Below, piece by piece: positions 62,880 to 64,000 of a stretch of 64,000 bases of DNA. The notes below the pieces were generated by a model. That model had not been told where the DNA came from. It worked only from the letters and a program-made list of their open reading frames with translations, and searched no databases. Position numbers and translations under genes: made by a program. The DNA is taken from positions 97,198 to 161,197 of the forward strand of contig JAZNXK010000011.1 in assembly GCA_045593845.1 (NCBI GenBank), given 5' to 3'. Each line of letters opens with the position of its first letter. The stretch's first letter is position 1. This DNA is from Alphaproteobacteria bacterium. GTDB taxonomy: Bacteria > Pseudomonadota > Alphaproteobacteria > RF32 > CAG-239.

Positions 62880-64000
62880 TTATTCTTTGTTTTTAGATAC
62901 TTTAGCTTCGTATTCATTGCCGAAGAAACGCAAGGTTGAAAGCACCGGATTTGGAGCTGTTTGTCCCAAACCGCAGAGCGATGCTTTTTGCATGGCATTG
63001 GCAATTTGACGCAATGTATTTATGTCTTCTTTTGTGGCATTGCCTTTGCTGATTTTTTCCAACAACATCAGCATTTGTTTACCGCCGATACGGCATGGAG
63101 CGCATTTGCCGCAAGATTCATCAACCGTAAAATCTAGATAGAATTTTGCCAAGTCGACCATATCGGAACTTTCATCAATAACAATCATACCGCCGGAGCC
63201 CATGATAGAGCCAACTTTTTTGAGTTCTTCATAGCAAAGGGGCATATCAATATAGTCTGTCGGAATAACACCGCCGGACGGACCGCCGGTTTGAACAGCT
63301 TTTAGTTTTTTGCCGTTTGGAACACCGCCGCCGATTTCGTTGACGATTTCGTTGATGGTGGTGCCCATTGGGACTTCGATAAGTCCGGAATGTTCAACTT
63401 GTCCGGTGAGTGCAAAAACTTTTGTACCTTTTGAAGTTGCCGTGCCGAAAGAAGAAAACCAATCTGCGCCTTTTAAGATAATCGGAGCAACGTTGGCCAA
63501 AGTTTCAACATTGTTAATGCAGCTGGGTTTATCCCACAAACCTTTATCTGTCGGATATGGCGGACGCGGGCGAGGAGTACCTCTTTTGCCTTCAATGGAG
63601 TGAATAAGAGCTGTTTCTTCACCGCAAACAAATGCGCCGGCACCAAGACGAATATCAATGTTAAAATTGAAATTTGTTCCCATGATGTTGTTGCCGAGCA
63701 AACGGTTCTTTTTGCAGGCTTTGATTGCTTTTTCAATGCGTTCAACTGCCAAAGGATATTCTGCTCTAATATAAAACCAGCCTTCGGTTGCTCCGATGGC
63801 ATAAGCGGCAATCATCATACCTTCGATAACACCGTGCGGGTTGGATTCCAAAATACTGCGGTCCATATAAGCACCCGGGTCGCCTTCATCACCATTACAA
63901 ATGATAAATTTAGAATCTTCGGCTTTTACTCTGGAAGCAAAATCCCATTTGTTACCGGTCGGAAAACCTGCACCACCGCGGCCGCGAAGTCCGGATTTTT
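62880..64000 (-). CDS. NuoF-like diaphorase subunit of the hydrogenase (HydB/HndC-type); starts beyond the window
   Basis: [62 protein letters not shown]. Confidence 0.93.
   Translation of the reverse strand, partial: KSGLRGRGGAGFPTGNKWDFASRVKAEDSKFIICNGDEGDPGAYMDRSILESNPHGVIEGMMIAAYAIGATEGWFYIRAEYPLAVERIEKAIKACKKNRLLGNNIMGTNFNFNIDIRLGAGAFVCGEETALIHSIEGKRGTPRPRPPYPTDKGLWDKPSCINNVETLANVAPIILKGADWFSSFGTATSKGTKVFALTGQVEHSGLIEVPMGTTINEIVNEIGGGVPNGKKLKAVQTGGPSGGVIPTDYIDMPLCYEELKKVGSIMGSGGMIVIDESSDMVDLAKFYLDFTVDESCGKCAPCRIGGKQMLMLLEKISKGNATKEDINTLRQIANAMQKASLCGLGQTAPNPVLSTLRFFGNEYEAKVSKNKE

Overview
AT-rich bacterial chromosome segment, most consistent with an anaerobic, host- or gut-associated Alphaproteobacterium. 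The ribosomal proteins, Pgk, enolase, the leuS-lptE-holA order, bactofilin and YbjN look alphaproteobacterial, and a multimeric [FeFe]-hydrogenase, nagAB and an acyl-ACP thioesterase are also present; this taxonomy is inference. Most of the window is housekeeping: rplY-pth-ychF, the S10-spc cluster from rpsJ to rplO, uvrB, lgt, queA, kdsB, gap-pgk, argS-ftsEX, smpB, eno, rplQ, rpmB, leuS-lptE-holA, nagAB, bcp, hydA/hydB and three tRNAs. No integrase, transposase or CRISPR array was seen. The unusual signals are: (1) two highly diverged orphan paralogs, each sitting behind a copy of the bcp 3' end plus a promoter, with 95 bp of the flank identical; (2) a small orphan island between convergent tRNA-Gly and tRNA-Arg genes, both followed by structured repeats that regenerate or are antisense to the tRNA 3' end; (3) an unrecognised 27-30 aa helical repeat family at two loci, whose genes lack Shine-Dalgarno sequences; (4) a roughly 190-nt multi-branched switch-like leader RNA ahead of a lipoprotein gene; (5) a Nudix-like protein split across a -1 frameshift at A AAT TTA; and (6) probable in-situ foreign replacement of leuS and gap. 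All family assignments come from motif recognition by eye; no database searches were run.
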